A stretch of DNA of 53,287 bases, taken from Octopus bimaculoides. Lineage: Eukaryota. Positions 1-9,973 of this stretch are shown piece after piece. The position numbers were made by a program, and so were the translations under genes. The notes beneath the pieces were generated by a model that did not search any database, was not told the DNA's origin, and worked only from the letters and a program-made list of their open reading frames with translations. The first letter of the stretch is position 1, and the number at the start of each line of letters is the position of its first letter. The stretch is from assembly GCF_001194135.2 (NCBI RefSeq), contig NC_068990.1, positions 92,881,833 to 92,935,119 of the forward strand. Direction: 5' to 3'.

Positions 1-352
1 AGGGGGGACCAGTCAAGCAGCACATCACGCTGTAATTCTTGGGCTGAGAAATCAACACTTAAAAGCCATAATTTTAAGGAGCGATAAGAATTTTTGAATA
101 AAGGAAAATGGGTAGTGGTGGTGGGTAGGTACCGCCAGCGAGTAGAGAGGGCTCTTAATTGTAGATTTTAAATATTTGAGAGACAACAATGCATAAATCG
201 TAATTTTTTTTTAAAAGAGCAATGAATTCTGGGTGATTAGAATATAACGTAGCATGAATTTAGGAAGCTTAGAAAATGAATAAGCATGAATTTAAGACAA
301 CAACTGAATTCAATTGAATTTCATGGAGAGAAACAAGAATAAAATAGCTTAC

Positions 353-483
353 TTCAATTTCTCAATAGATGAATATTGATTCTTGTCTTCTGTCTGTTTC
401 AGTTGGCAATTCACTTCCTGCAGTTTCTTGATTGTTTCTTGTAAATCACGGATCTCTTTCTCTTGGAGACGCAATTGATCCAA
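353..483 (-). CDS. TSC1: Hamartin coding exon 14, coiled coil (LDQLRLQEKEIRDLQETIKKLQ...IEKL); gene continues past window start
   Basis: TTCTCCTTCCAG acceptor, GTAAG donor; matches human KDQLKLQEKDI. Confidence 0.92.
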
Positions 484-858
484 CTGGAAGGAGAAGAAAT
501 GGTAAACTGACTGAATTCTCAATACGACAAAGTCTTTCAAATGGTGAAATAACTATTGGTTGTTGGATGTTAACGAACTGAAGTATAATTGTGCAGTATT
601 ACCTATAACTAACTCTTACAGCCCTCCCTTGCCATCTTTCATAAGCTGCACACAAACATGATTTGCACCTCTCTTAAACGTCTCAAGCCAGACCTGTATT
701 ACATGAAATGACAGGGACCTCGAGAATGTCTTTCAATGGGGACACAAAAATCTGGTCTCTTTCAACAACGCAAACACAGGCACTACACACACATATTATG
801 TATTAAAGTTTGTTTTTATGCCAAATCATACATAAAAACAATTTAACATTAAACTGAA

Positions 859-1080
859 AGGCGGTGAGCTGGCAGAAGCGTTAGCATGCCGGGTGAAATG
901 CTTAGTGGTATTTCATCTGCCATTATGTTCCGAGTTCAAATTCCACCAAGGTCAACTTTGTCTTTCATCCTTTCGGGTTCGATTAAATAAGTACCAGTTA
1001 CACACTGGGGTCGATGTAATTGACTTAATCCCTTTGTCTGTCCCCTTTATGTTTAGCCCCCTGTGGGCAATAAAGAAATA
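859..1080 (+). mobile_element. Full-length tRNA-derived SINE (family A) with 14-bp target-site duplication
   Basis: A-box-like head AGGCGGTGAGCTGGCAGAA, B-box-like GAGTTCAAATTCC, A-rich tail; AACATTAAACTGAA at 845-858 and 1081-1094. Confidence 0.9.
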
Positions 1081-1552
1081 AACATTAAACTGAAGGATTG
1101 CTGAATACTTTGTATTAGAGTAAATATTTACAAGCAAAAGGGCGACAGTGATTTCTAAGTTTTGGTTTGCTTGCTGTCTTCAGTCTGACTAAAGGTGGGC
1201 AAACTAAAGCATTGTCGTACCTCATCACCTCTAATCTCTTTCCAAAGATACAATCACTACCCACATACATCAAAAATACAGTCTTGTATCTCACCATCTT
1301 TAATCCTAAACAGCACAACTAAAAAACCTTAGAAAGATTGCTTTGCTTGGAAGAAACAGGTGAGGGTTGGCGACAGGAAGGGCATCCAGCTGTAGAAAAT
1401 TTCATCAACATACTCTGTGTAAGCCACATGAGCATGGAACGATTGATGTACGGTGAAGATGGAAATGGATAGTTATGGCTGGAAAGATTTTGGTAATAGG
1501 TTTGTTCGATTCAACAACAATAAAATAGATAAGAAATTTAAAAGATTCATAC

Positions 1553-1719
1553 TATAGCAGAATTTTGTTCCTTCAAAGCTGTCACATGAGAAGCATTGAT
1601 TTGTTTCGTTGCAGCCAATTTAGCAAATCCTTCACGTTGGAGACGTTCGTAGATGAGCTGGTTCTGCATCAGAATAATTTGGTTCTGAAGGATACTAATG
1701 TCGTCAGCGGGTGGGGAAC
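1553..1719 (-). CDS. TSC1: Hamartin coding exon 13, start of coiled coil (GSPPADDISILQNQIILMQNQLIYER...ALKEQNSAI)
   Basis: CTGCCAG acceptor, GTATGA donor, 167 nt; matches human [26 protein letters not shown]...ALEEHNAAM. Confidence 0.96.
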
Positions 1720-2201
1720 CTGGCAGAGGATATAGCATGGATATTAGTAAGATTAGTCAAGTGTATCACTGTTAGATATAACATGGTAGAATGGAACTGT
1801 TATATATATATATATGATAACAATGGAAAGAGAGAGAGAGAGAGGGAGGGAGAGAGAGATTGTGTATTGTTAAATTAAATGTACAGGATAGCATTGTATT
1901 GAGAGGCTGAATATGGAAGATAATCTTAAATAATTTAGTTACAATGTCTTAACATTCTAAAATCAAATCTCACCAAAGTCAACATTGCATTTCACATGAC
2001 CAGGGTCAATAAAATAAAGAGTACCAGTCATATACTATGTTTATTTAATTAACTAAAATCCTTCTTCCTATATATGGCCTTGTGTTAAGAAATTTATTAT
2101 TATTTTGATAAATAACCACAACAAAAGCAAATACAAAGCGAAAAAGTAAAAAAAAAAAACCCAATGTGTAGAGAGTGAAAAAAGGGTCTGATTATACTTA
2201 C

Positions 2202-2348
2202 CCCCGAAACATGTTCGGGTGATGTTGCTTTGAGTAGTTGAAGGGACTTGACTAAGCTCTTTATCATGTTGGGCAGCACCTCTACTCAGCAGTTTGTCAA
2301 GGATCTCCACAGGAGATAAATTAATCCACTGGTCATTGGGACAGTCAC
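2202..2348 (-). CDS. TSC1: Hamartin coding exon 12 (GDCPNDQWINLSPVEILDKLLSRGAAQHDKELSQVPSTTQSNITRTCFG)
   Basis: CGTTTAG acceptor, GTAAG donor, 147 nt; matches human [21 protein letters not shown]...WTHFG. Confidence 0.93.
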
Positions 2349-3048
2349 CTAAACGAGCCACAAAATTAACTTTCAAAATTTGCAACTTATTCAACCCCAC
2401 ATTAAATAAGATTTCCAAAGCTCTCAAATAAAAAGTAATTCTCAGAATTGTTGTTTAGTTTGGTTTAAGAGACAGGGTTTAGGTGTGGGTATGCAGAGAG
2501 GTGTGTGTGTCTCTCTTTCTCTCGCTCTCCTCTTGTCTTGACTTCACATGATGGTTATAAACAAGTGGCACCAGCATAGAAATGATGTTGCTCAACCTCA
2601 GTCTACGAGAATATATCATATAATATATATTGTATAAATTATAATATCACCATCATCATCATCATCATCGTCATCGTCATTTAACGTCTGCTTTCCATGC
2701 TAGCATGGGTTGGACGATTTGACTGAGAACTGGCAAACCAGCAAGCTGCACCAGGCTCCAATCTGATCTGGCAGTTTCTACAGCTGGATGCCCTTCCTAA
2801 TGCCAACCACTCAGAGAGTGTAGTGGGTATGATATAATCTATAGATACTATGGATTGGAACTGAACCTAGACCTCGTGGTTTCCAAGTGAACTTCATTTG
2901 GCCATACTGCTCCAATGAAATGTTGAGCACTACTGTTTTAATGTTAAATATTGTTCTACTTTCATTGTAAACATAATGTTGAATGAGAGGAAGATAACGA
3001 TAAAGGAACAGAATTGAAAAGAATATTTTGAGAAAGAAGAGAACTTAC

Positions 3049-3615
3049 CTAGGAGCTCAAGAGAACAATCTTCGGTCTCCTTGGTGGAGTCCAGAGATTT
3101 CTTACAGCGGATACATAAACTAAAAGGGGATGGACTCAGAAGAAAGTGGTAAAGGTTGATAAGTTCAGCACTTGGAACGACATCGACCAGGTTGGCATTA
3201 TTCTGATCATCGCTGAAAGACGCTATCAGATCAATGTCCTCGGTTTGGGTTCCGGTCGTTTCCACCTGGACTATCTTCCCATCTATCTTACTACATGTAC
3301 TACTAATACTTTTGGAATCCATGGAGGTCTCCATGGAGCGTTCTGCACCAGGAATATTAGGACAAGAGCGACTCCTCACACGATTCTGGAACCGGTCCTG
3401 AATGACAAAGCTATCAATGTCTGATTCTGTTGTGATGCTGGTGAAACGAATACGATTCATTTTTTCCATGAACTGTTTTACAGAATCCGAGGATAACTTT
3501 TCACAGGCTTCAGCCTTTGAACTTTGACCTTCCTCATTACTGAGAGACATCAACTTATGGCTGTGTTCGTATGAATAGCGCTTCGTTAGTTCGGCCACCT
3601 CTACATCACAGACAT
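3049..3615 (-). CDS. TSC1: Hamartin coding exon 11, large Ser/Thr-rich linker exon (DVCDVEVAELTKR...SLELL)
   Basis: CTTTGCAG acceptor, GTAAG donor, 567 nt open, phase 1-1; start resembles human DKEEAAISRELSEIT. Confidence 0.9.
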
Positions 3616-3962
3616 CTGCAAAGTAAGGAGAGTCACAATGTAAGTTTTGATAACAAGTTCAATTGGTGGCAGTTAAGAACTGAAGATTTAATTTATGTAG
3701 AAAGTTTGAAGAAGTTTGACATAATATGGTGACTAGATGGAGTATAAATGAGTATCTAATGTGCATTGTGGGCAGATTGAGTACCAAGGAGTTACTAATG
3801 TATATGGTGTGTAGTTTGAGTATTAAGGAGTATTTTAAATCAGGTATTCAAGGTCGTTATAAAATATTGATTTCCTTTAATTAGATTCAAGTCTATTATA
3901 AAGTGGTGGGCTTAATTTGTCAACTGCTTGAAGTGTTGTTTTGATGTATTCCAGATACAAAC

Positions 3963-4095
3963 CTGATGGATCCTGGCTAACGAATGTGTCCACAAAGCTG
4001 TGTAAAGACTGCATTGATATTTCAGGAGCTTTTCTTTCCTCTATTGGACTGGAGCAGCAAGATACAGGGGTCACTTTCGTGTTTTGCGATGGCCT
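3963..4095 (-). CDS. TSC1: Hamartin coding exon 10 (RPSQNTKVTPVSCCSSPIEERKAPEISMQSLHSFVDTFVSQDPS)
   Basis: CTTTTGTAG acceptor, GTTTGT donor, 133 nt; ISMQSLHSFV resembles human VTLSDLPGFL. Confidence 0.82.
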
Positions 4096-5141
4096 CTACA
4101 AAAGATCCAACAATACAGAGACACATTAGCACTCAGCAACAATGTTTCCAACCATTCCACAATTTTATGTGGGACAACAATTAAACAATTCGGAAAATTT
4201 AGATGTTTGTATAGTTTGGCAATAAGTTCTTTGTTAATCATAGCGAGTAGGGCAGCTGATATTTAGCATAAAAATGACGTTTCTCAAGGTAGGACTAAAA
4301 CGGTCTGAGAAACATTGACCTAAATAACGGCAGGCTTGAGCTGTGTCCCCATGTGAAAGGTTGAGAGTAGCAAAAAAGAGACCGAGTTATTTGTCTGCTC
4401 AAGCCATGAGAGGCTTTTATTTCTTTGTTTAGCTCTGGTTCTATGGAGTTCAGTAGATAAAAGATGTTTCTCTCCAGATGAGATGTTCTTCTATAACAGG
4501 TAACATTCCCCAGATAACCAAGTTGACGAACCAAATATGTTATTCTTGACAATGGTCAGAGGGAAGTTGTTGAGATATTAGGGCTGAATACCCAGGGATA
4601 CAGAGAACATGGCATTACTGTGTTTTTCAGGGTAGATTTAACATCTATTTTGCTAATTCAATTCCGCAGTCATTTTCTTTCAACTTTTCACAATTATCTC
4701 AAACATAGAATTAGCCACATGCTAAATTGGTAAATTAGAAACCCCGGCAAGATTTGAGAGGTTTTCCCTTCAACCTCTTCATGCCGGGAGATACTGTATA
4801 AACCCTGAGGAGGGTAAGGATTACCAGAATATGAGGTCATAGGTTACCTTTCACAGGATACAAATAGAACAGAATCAAGCATCCTTCTGACTCCCAAAAT
4901 TGTCTTTGGTTAATCCTTCGTCAAGAATTTGGCACATTTAAGGAATTCCAATTACAAAATCTTCAGCCATGCTCTGATTAACATGCTGTCACATGGTAAA
5001 TGCTTTCCACTGGTAAATAGAACTGTTTCTAAAAGCAATGTTTATAAATTCATGATGATAAAGAAGATAAAGGTGGTAATGGTGGTTGTAAATATTTAGA
5101 ACTAAATAGGAGGGGCAGCACCATCAGTTGAATACACTTAC

Positions 5142-5182
5142 CTCCATATCACAAGAAGCCATTTTCGAACAAGAATGGTGAT
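5142..5182 (-). CDS. TSC1: Hamartin 41-nt mini-exon 9 (NHHSCSKMASCDME)
   Basis: Strong acceptor TTTTCTTTATCTCCAG and donor GAG|GTAAG. Supplies exactly the phase 1-to-0 change needed between exons 8 and 10. No recognisable homology. Confidence 0.75.
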
Positions 5183-5369
5183 CTGGAGATAAAGAAAATT
5201 AAGATGTAATTAGTAAAAATTACTAATGAAACTCAGCTACACCATACTAAATATGAAAGAATATATACTTAAATTTGCTTTAAGTTAAATTTGAATTTTT
5301 TTTTTTTTTTACTTCAGGCAGTGAGGTTCCAACGTGAGTTTTGTCTACAAAACTTGACAAATTTGTTTG

Positions 5370-5705
5370 GTGGTTAGACTGAGGGCTGGCAAGCCAGGAA
5401 GCTGCCCCAGGCTCCAATCTGATCTGGCAAAATTTCTACAGCTGGATGCCCTTCCTAACGCCAACTGCTCCAAGAGTAGTTTTTCCGAGTGCTTTTTACG
5501 TACCATTGGCATGAGGGCCACTCAGGTGGTACTGGCATTGACCACGCTTGAATGGTGCTTTTTACGTGTCACTGGCATGGGACCAGTCAGCCAGCCAGCA
5601 CTGGCAACAACCATGCTTGAATGGTGCTTTTTATGTGCCACAGGCACGGGAGCCAGTCAGGCGGCACTGGCAACAATCATGCTCAAATGGTGCTTTTTAC
5701 ATGCT
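5370..5705 (-). mobile_element. RTE-tail SINE / LINE 3'-end family C (also about 2660-2830, 8025-8350, 24295-24430, 25415-25930, 31730-31920, 41250-41600 on -; 1345-1450, 26170-26340, 39150-39280, 43090-43330 on +)
   Basis: Recurring blocks tttctacagctggatgcccttcctaacgccaac and catcatttaacgtccgctttccatgctagcatgggttggacg; the latter is the reverse complement of a (GAT)n-tailed 3' end. Confidence 0.8.
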
Positions 5706-5779
5706 ACCAATATTTATAACGATGTAGTTAACAGTGTGTGTATATATATATATATATTTTTCCACACACACTATTAACT

Positions 5780-5980
5780 ACATCTTTATATACTTGGAAT
5801 TTATAAAAAAAAACAAAACAAAAACGAAGACAGGTGTGTAAACAACAAACAGATGTATTAGTTTAATGCTTGGGAAATGAGAAAGTGTTTTACGTTTCAA
5901 GCCTACGCTCTTCAACAGAAAGGAACACAGAAATAAACAGGGAGAGAAAATAATAAAAGGTTTAGTGGATAACAATCTAT
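5780..5980 (-). mobile_element. Penelope-like terminal-repeat fragment with hammerhead-like motif (second, truncated copy at about 47820-47880)
   Basis: Shared block gtgtgtaaacaacaaa.agatgtattagtttaa.gcttgggaa in both copies; minus strand CTGTTGAAGAGCGTAGGCTTGAAACGTA. The Penelope assignment is inference. Confidence 0.5.
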
Positions 5981-6208
5981 CATGGCGAATAAATATGTGC
6001 TGTAGAGGTAAAGTGTATGCATAAATATTGTAATTATACAATGTAAAGATGAGGTTAAAAGTGAAAACTAGAATCTTAATAAAGGCTGTTATAAAACGAC
6101 TAGCAAAACAGTTAGTCCAGTCTGACGAAGTGGAGAGATCACTAATGTATTTGACTAAGATCAGTCAATAATAATTTCCTGTTAATTGATAGTATTTAAA
6201 ATACGTAC

Positions 6209-6397
6209 TTGTATTCTGGGTATCTACTTCACATGAATTTAAAATTGGGGTGTTTCCTTTGCTGGGTGCTGCAGAATTTCCTTGGGACATGGGTGGGGTA
6301 GAAAGGTGGGCATCCAATGAAGGACTCCACCAAAGCATGGCGTCTGGGGTTAAAACATCCCCTTTCAATGGCTGACAAAGGGCTGACAAGTTCAAAT
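6209..6397 (-). CDS. TSC1: Hamartin coding exon 8 (DLNLSALCQP...AMLWWSPSLDAHLSTPPMSQ...DTQNT)
   Basis: TTTTTTGCTTGTAG acceptor, GTACGT donor, 189 nt; WSPS...TPP matches human TLWSPSMVCGMTTPPTSP. Confidence 0.9.
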
Positions 6398-6770
6398 CTA
6401 CAAGCAAAAAAGACAAAGGGAAATATTTAGTTACTCAAATCAGAAAACACAGAATATATTGTTGCATCAAAACATGTATATTATTGGTGGCTATTTAACC
6501 CTTTCGTTACCAACCTGGCTGAAACCAGTTCTGACTCTGTTTTAAATATTCTTCTGTTGACATGGTTCATCGTTAATCTTGGACTGTGGGCTAAATACTT
6601 GATAGCACTGGTTCGAGGCGAACACAACGGAGAAGAGTGTTTTTGCGTGAAACAATTCATCTACATTGTACTTGAATCTATTGTTATGAGGTAACTCAAG
6701 GGAAGATAACCACAATGTCCTTCAATGGAGTGAAGGGGAGATAAGAAAGGTAGCGTTAAAAAATAATTAC

Positions 6771-6991
6771 CAAGACTTCCTGAAGACAGAAAAGAATCTC
6801 TGTAGGAACAGTTTCCAGTAACAATATTGTTGTCTGGTTGCGTTGCCAGGTCCAGCGAAGGACGTTGACCTTGTTTTTGACAAAAGAACAATGCTGGGAT
6901 TTCTTCATCTTTGTAGACAGTGCCTTCGATAGGATCGAGGATGAGAGATGTACAGCTGGCTAGAATGTCATGTGTTTCTTTACTGTGCCAA
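6771..6991 (-). CDS. TSC1: Hamartin coding exon 7 (WHSKETHDILASCTSLILDPIEG...SFLSSGSL)
   Basis: TTCATTTCAG acceptor (phase 2); 5' part matches human [26 protein letters not shown] donor gives phase 1, as the next exon requires. Confidence 0.9.
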
Positions 6992-7884
6992 CTGAAATGA
7001 ACAGGAGATTAGGATTAATGTAAACACATCAAGATGGGATAATTGAAGAATGCACCAGAATGCTACTTCTATGGACTTTTGCTAGAAGAGAGCAAGATGT
7101 ACTATCCAAGAGCTTAAAAATGCCATCGATAACAGAGAGGAATGGAATATGGGTCGGACATAGCAAGAAATCCTCAATCCACTCACAAGTAATAGTCTCC
7201 TTGTAAAGATTTGCTGAGTCTGTAAATAATGATATTTAGACCAACTACAAATAGTTATCCTCATCTATATGCGATTGGTCTTTTATCTGAAGAGTCCAGG
7301 GTTCATTTCCTGTAACCAGCATCGCACTGTATTGTTGGTTCAAATATTTAACTCTTAATGACTTACACCACATTTCAGAAGATTGGTGTGAAGATGAGGT
7401 TCCCTGAGGTACCCATTTAATCTAGACATAATGTAAGGTACATGCCACTACTGCACATAAGTACCAACTGACAGTGCAGTTTATTACTGTATTCATTCCA
7501 CTAGTAGTAAAAAGGTACTAAGAAAGTACAGGTTGCTGCTGTAAGTAGCAAGAATGCCAGTAACAAACATTAGTTGGTAATGCTAAATTCTAAAAGAAAC
7601 TTGCGGCCCTTTCCAGGTGAAACGAAGCCTGTCAGCATCGGAAATTCAAATAAAACTCCAGTTGTACCAAAATATCTACCACTGGATGTTAAGCTAGAAA
7701 AGATGATAAAAATGTTAAGTGCCATTTTTGTAATGAATTCTATTATAAAACAAAATGTACTTTTGAAGGAAAATGGTAGAGAAAGTATATTTTAATGGGT
7801 TGCTAATGAAGAAAAGAACAACAACTATTGTGAGAAAATCTGAAAGGAAGAGAAAAGCAAATGCAAAAAGTATTAACATCTTAC

Positions 7885-7958
7885 CGGCTGGATACCGTTT
7901 CCATTTCCTTTGATTCTGTGACAAGGAGTGGGTTAAAGCGTACTCTCTCCAGCATTGG
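7885..7958 (-). CDS. TSC1: Hamartin coding exon 6 (PMLERVRFNPLLVTESKEMETVSSR)
   Basis: TTTGTAG acceptor, GTAAG donor, 74 nt; matches human [20 protein letters not shown]. Confidence 0.96.
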
Positions 7959-9001
7959 CTACAAACAGATTTATATATAAAACATGTATTTACATACAAA
8001 ACATATATTTTACATATAAGACATCATCGTCATTTAATGTCCATGTTCCCTGTTGGTACGGGTAGGACAGTTTGACAAAGATCCAACGACCACACTGTGC
8101 TCCAGTGTCTGCTTTGGAATGGTTTCTATGGCTCGATGCCTGTCCTAAACATCAACCACTTTATACTGTTTTCTGGGTGGTTTTTCATGCTACGAGCACA
8201 AGCGAGGTTGCCATGACAGTTTGCAAAACAATGAACCCCCAAGTGAGGCAGCAGGTTTAAGCTGGGAGATGAAGTGTTGAAGTATGAAAGAAGGGACCAG
8301 AGCAGAACAGGTTTCTTGCTGTAAAGGAGTTACGTGACTACTCACGTTTTAGAAGAGAAGGTGGGAGTGGTTGGGTGGAGCTGGAGAGATATATACACAC
8401 ACACAAAATGGGATTCTTTCAGTTTCTGTCTACCAAACACGTATGTTTATGTATGAGATAAGTACTTATATATATGATTATATATATAATGTGTGTGTGT
8501 GTGTGCGTGTGTGGTGTGTGAGAGAAAAGTACTCAATACCTATAGTAGAGTATATTCGATTGTTTGAAGCTTATGATTGACTGTCACTACTCACACATTA
8601 AATATAAAAAAAGGATGAAAATATTTGTTTGTCTTGCATTTTTTTTCCATACTGGCATGGGTTAGATGCAAATGTTATTTAGGTTTTGTTTCACAACCTG
8701 ATGCCCTTGCTGTTGCTAACCCTTACCTGGTTTTCAAGTATGGGATCTCTTATTTCACATAGCTTCGAACGCACAATATCAGTGGATGATTGTTGATAGG
8801 GGAAATGGCAACATCATTGCTTGTAGCTCTGTAATTTTCAGAGAAGTAGAAATGTACACACGCACACACAATGGGCTTCTTTCAGCTTTCATCCATTAAA
8901 TCCACCCAGAAGGCTCTGGTCAGCCTGGGGCTACACTGGACAACCACGGGGTTGGGAGAGGGAATATGCTTCTAAATTTCAATTGAAACTTTCTCATTTA
9001 C

Positions 9002-9156
9002 CTTCACTATTGCCTTATAAATGTTTCGGTTCTCTTCTCGTCTTGCAAAGTTACGGAGAAAAATCAAGAAATTACAGGGATACATTCCATACAGACGGTA
9101 GAAAAAAGCATACAGAGCTGCTTTCAAATGTATAACAAAGATTTTGGGAACGCTTC
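9002..9156 (-). CDS. TSC1: Hamartin coding exon 5 (GSVPKIFVIHLKAALYAFFYRLYGMYPCNFLIFLRNFARREENRNIYKAIVK)
   Basis: Contains the hallmark RLYGMYPCNF motif. TCTTGCAG acceptor, GTAAAT donor, 155 nt. Confidence 0.98.
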
Positions 9157-9304
9157 CTGCAAGACAAAGAAAGAATTCTATTATGAAAGGCTAAAGGATT
9201 AAGGAAATTTGAAAGTCAACAGGAAGTTTACAAAGAAATATTTTGATTTTATTGCAAGTACATCAAATCTACTGCAAATCACATCTCATTGGTTTATGAA
9301 TATA

Positions 9305-9600
9305 TGTAAAAGGGAGACATCTCCAAGGTAGCTAGACCTATCAGAAATAGCAGTCAAATCTCCCTCAAATCACAACCCGTAGTTTTATATGTGTAAGAGG
9401 TAACAAGGGAAATTTTTTCAAGATAACTAGACGTATTATAAAGAGCAGCTGAATCTCCCTCAAATCACAACCGTTTTATGCATACATGTATGTATGAGGT
9501 AACAAGGGAGACATCTACATGATATTGAGACATATTAGAAGAAACAACCAAAATTACTCAAATTATAAAACCCTACTGTTTTAAATAAAGAAGGATTCAT
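9305..9600 (+). repeat. Three tandem ~95-bp diverged copies of a repeat head in TSC1 intron 4
   Basis: gaggtaacaaggga and aatctccctcaaatcacaacc blocks recur at about 95-100 bp spacing. Confidence 0.65.
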
Positions 9601-9828
9601 TGGACAATAGATCCCTGATATACAAAGATACAGATTGGTCATAATTAGAACATCTTTGATCAAAGATCTGCTTTGACCAGGGCTGACCTTGGACTAAATA
9701 ACAACATCAGCAATGTCTAACACTAATCCCAGAATATCTTATACTACAACATTGTGTGCCCTAATTCCACTACAATCCCTATATTACATGTAGGGCAGGA
9801 GAAACCTAAAAGCCTGACAAAATCTTAC

Positions 9829-9973
9829 CTGGCTTTTCACAGGTAAACTCTGCAACTCTGCCAAATATCTCAAAGAAGTCTGTAAGGTATGGCATTGTAT
9901 GTTTTGGTAAGACAGGCATGAGGGCCGAGAGAATGGTTAAGCCAGTCATCAAGACAGGAACATCGGTGTCGGT
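9829..9973 (-). CDS. TSC1: Hamartin coding exon 4 (TDTDVPVLMTGLTILSALMPVLPKHTMPYLTDFFEIFGRVAEFTCEKP)
   Basis: Translated by hand (absent from the ORF track). CTACAG acceptor, GTAAG donor, 145 nt; matches human [23 protein letters not shown]...DFFDIFGRL. Confidence 0.96.

Noticed and set aside
2349-2427. Longer exon 12 start suggested by ORF 2068-2427
   Set aside because: Needs a rare GAG acceptor; CGTTTAG at 2349 has the right phase and a pyrimidine tract.
4100-5040. Complex-looking intronic stretch (ORFs 4084-4266, 4295-4552) as a nested gene or pseudogene
   Set aside because: The frames examined have frequent stops and no recognisable motif; TSC1 phases close without it.
7240-7700. Exon-like pieces in TSC1 intron 6 (IKWVPQG...EMW|GTAAG; LTSSGRYFG...)
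   Set aside because: Exons 6 and 7 join in frame and match human RW.. directly; these pieces show no homology and have incompatible or weak sites.
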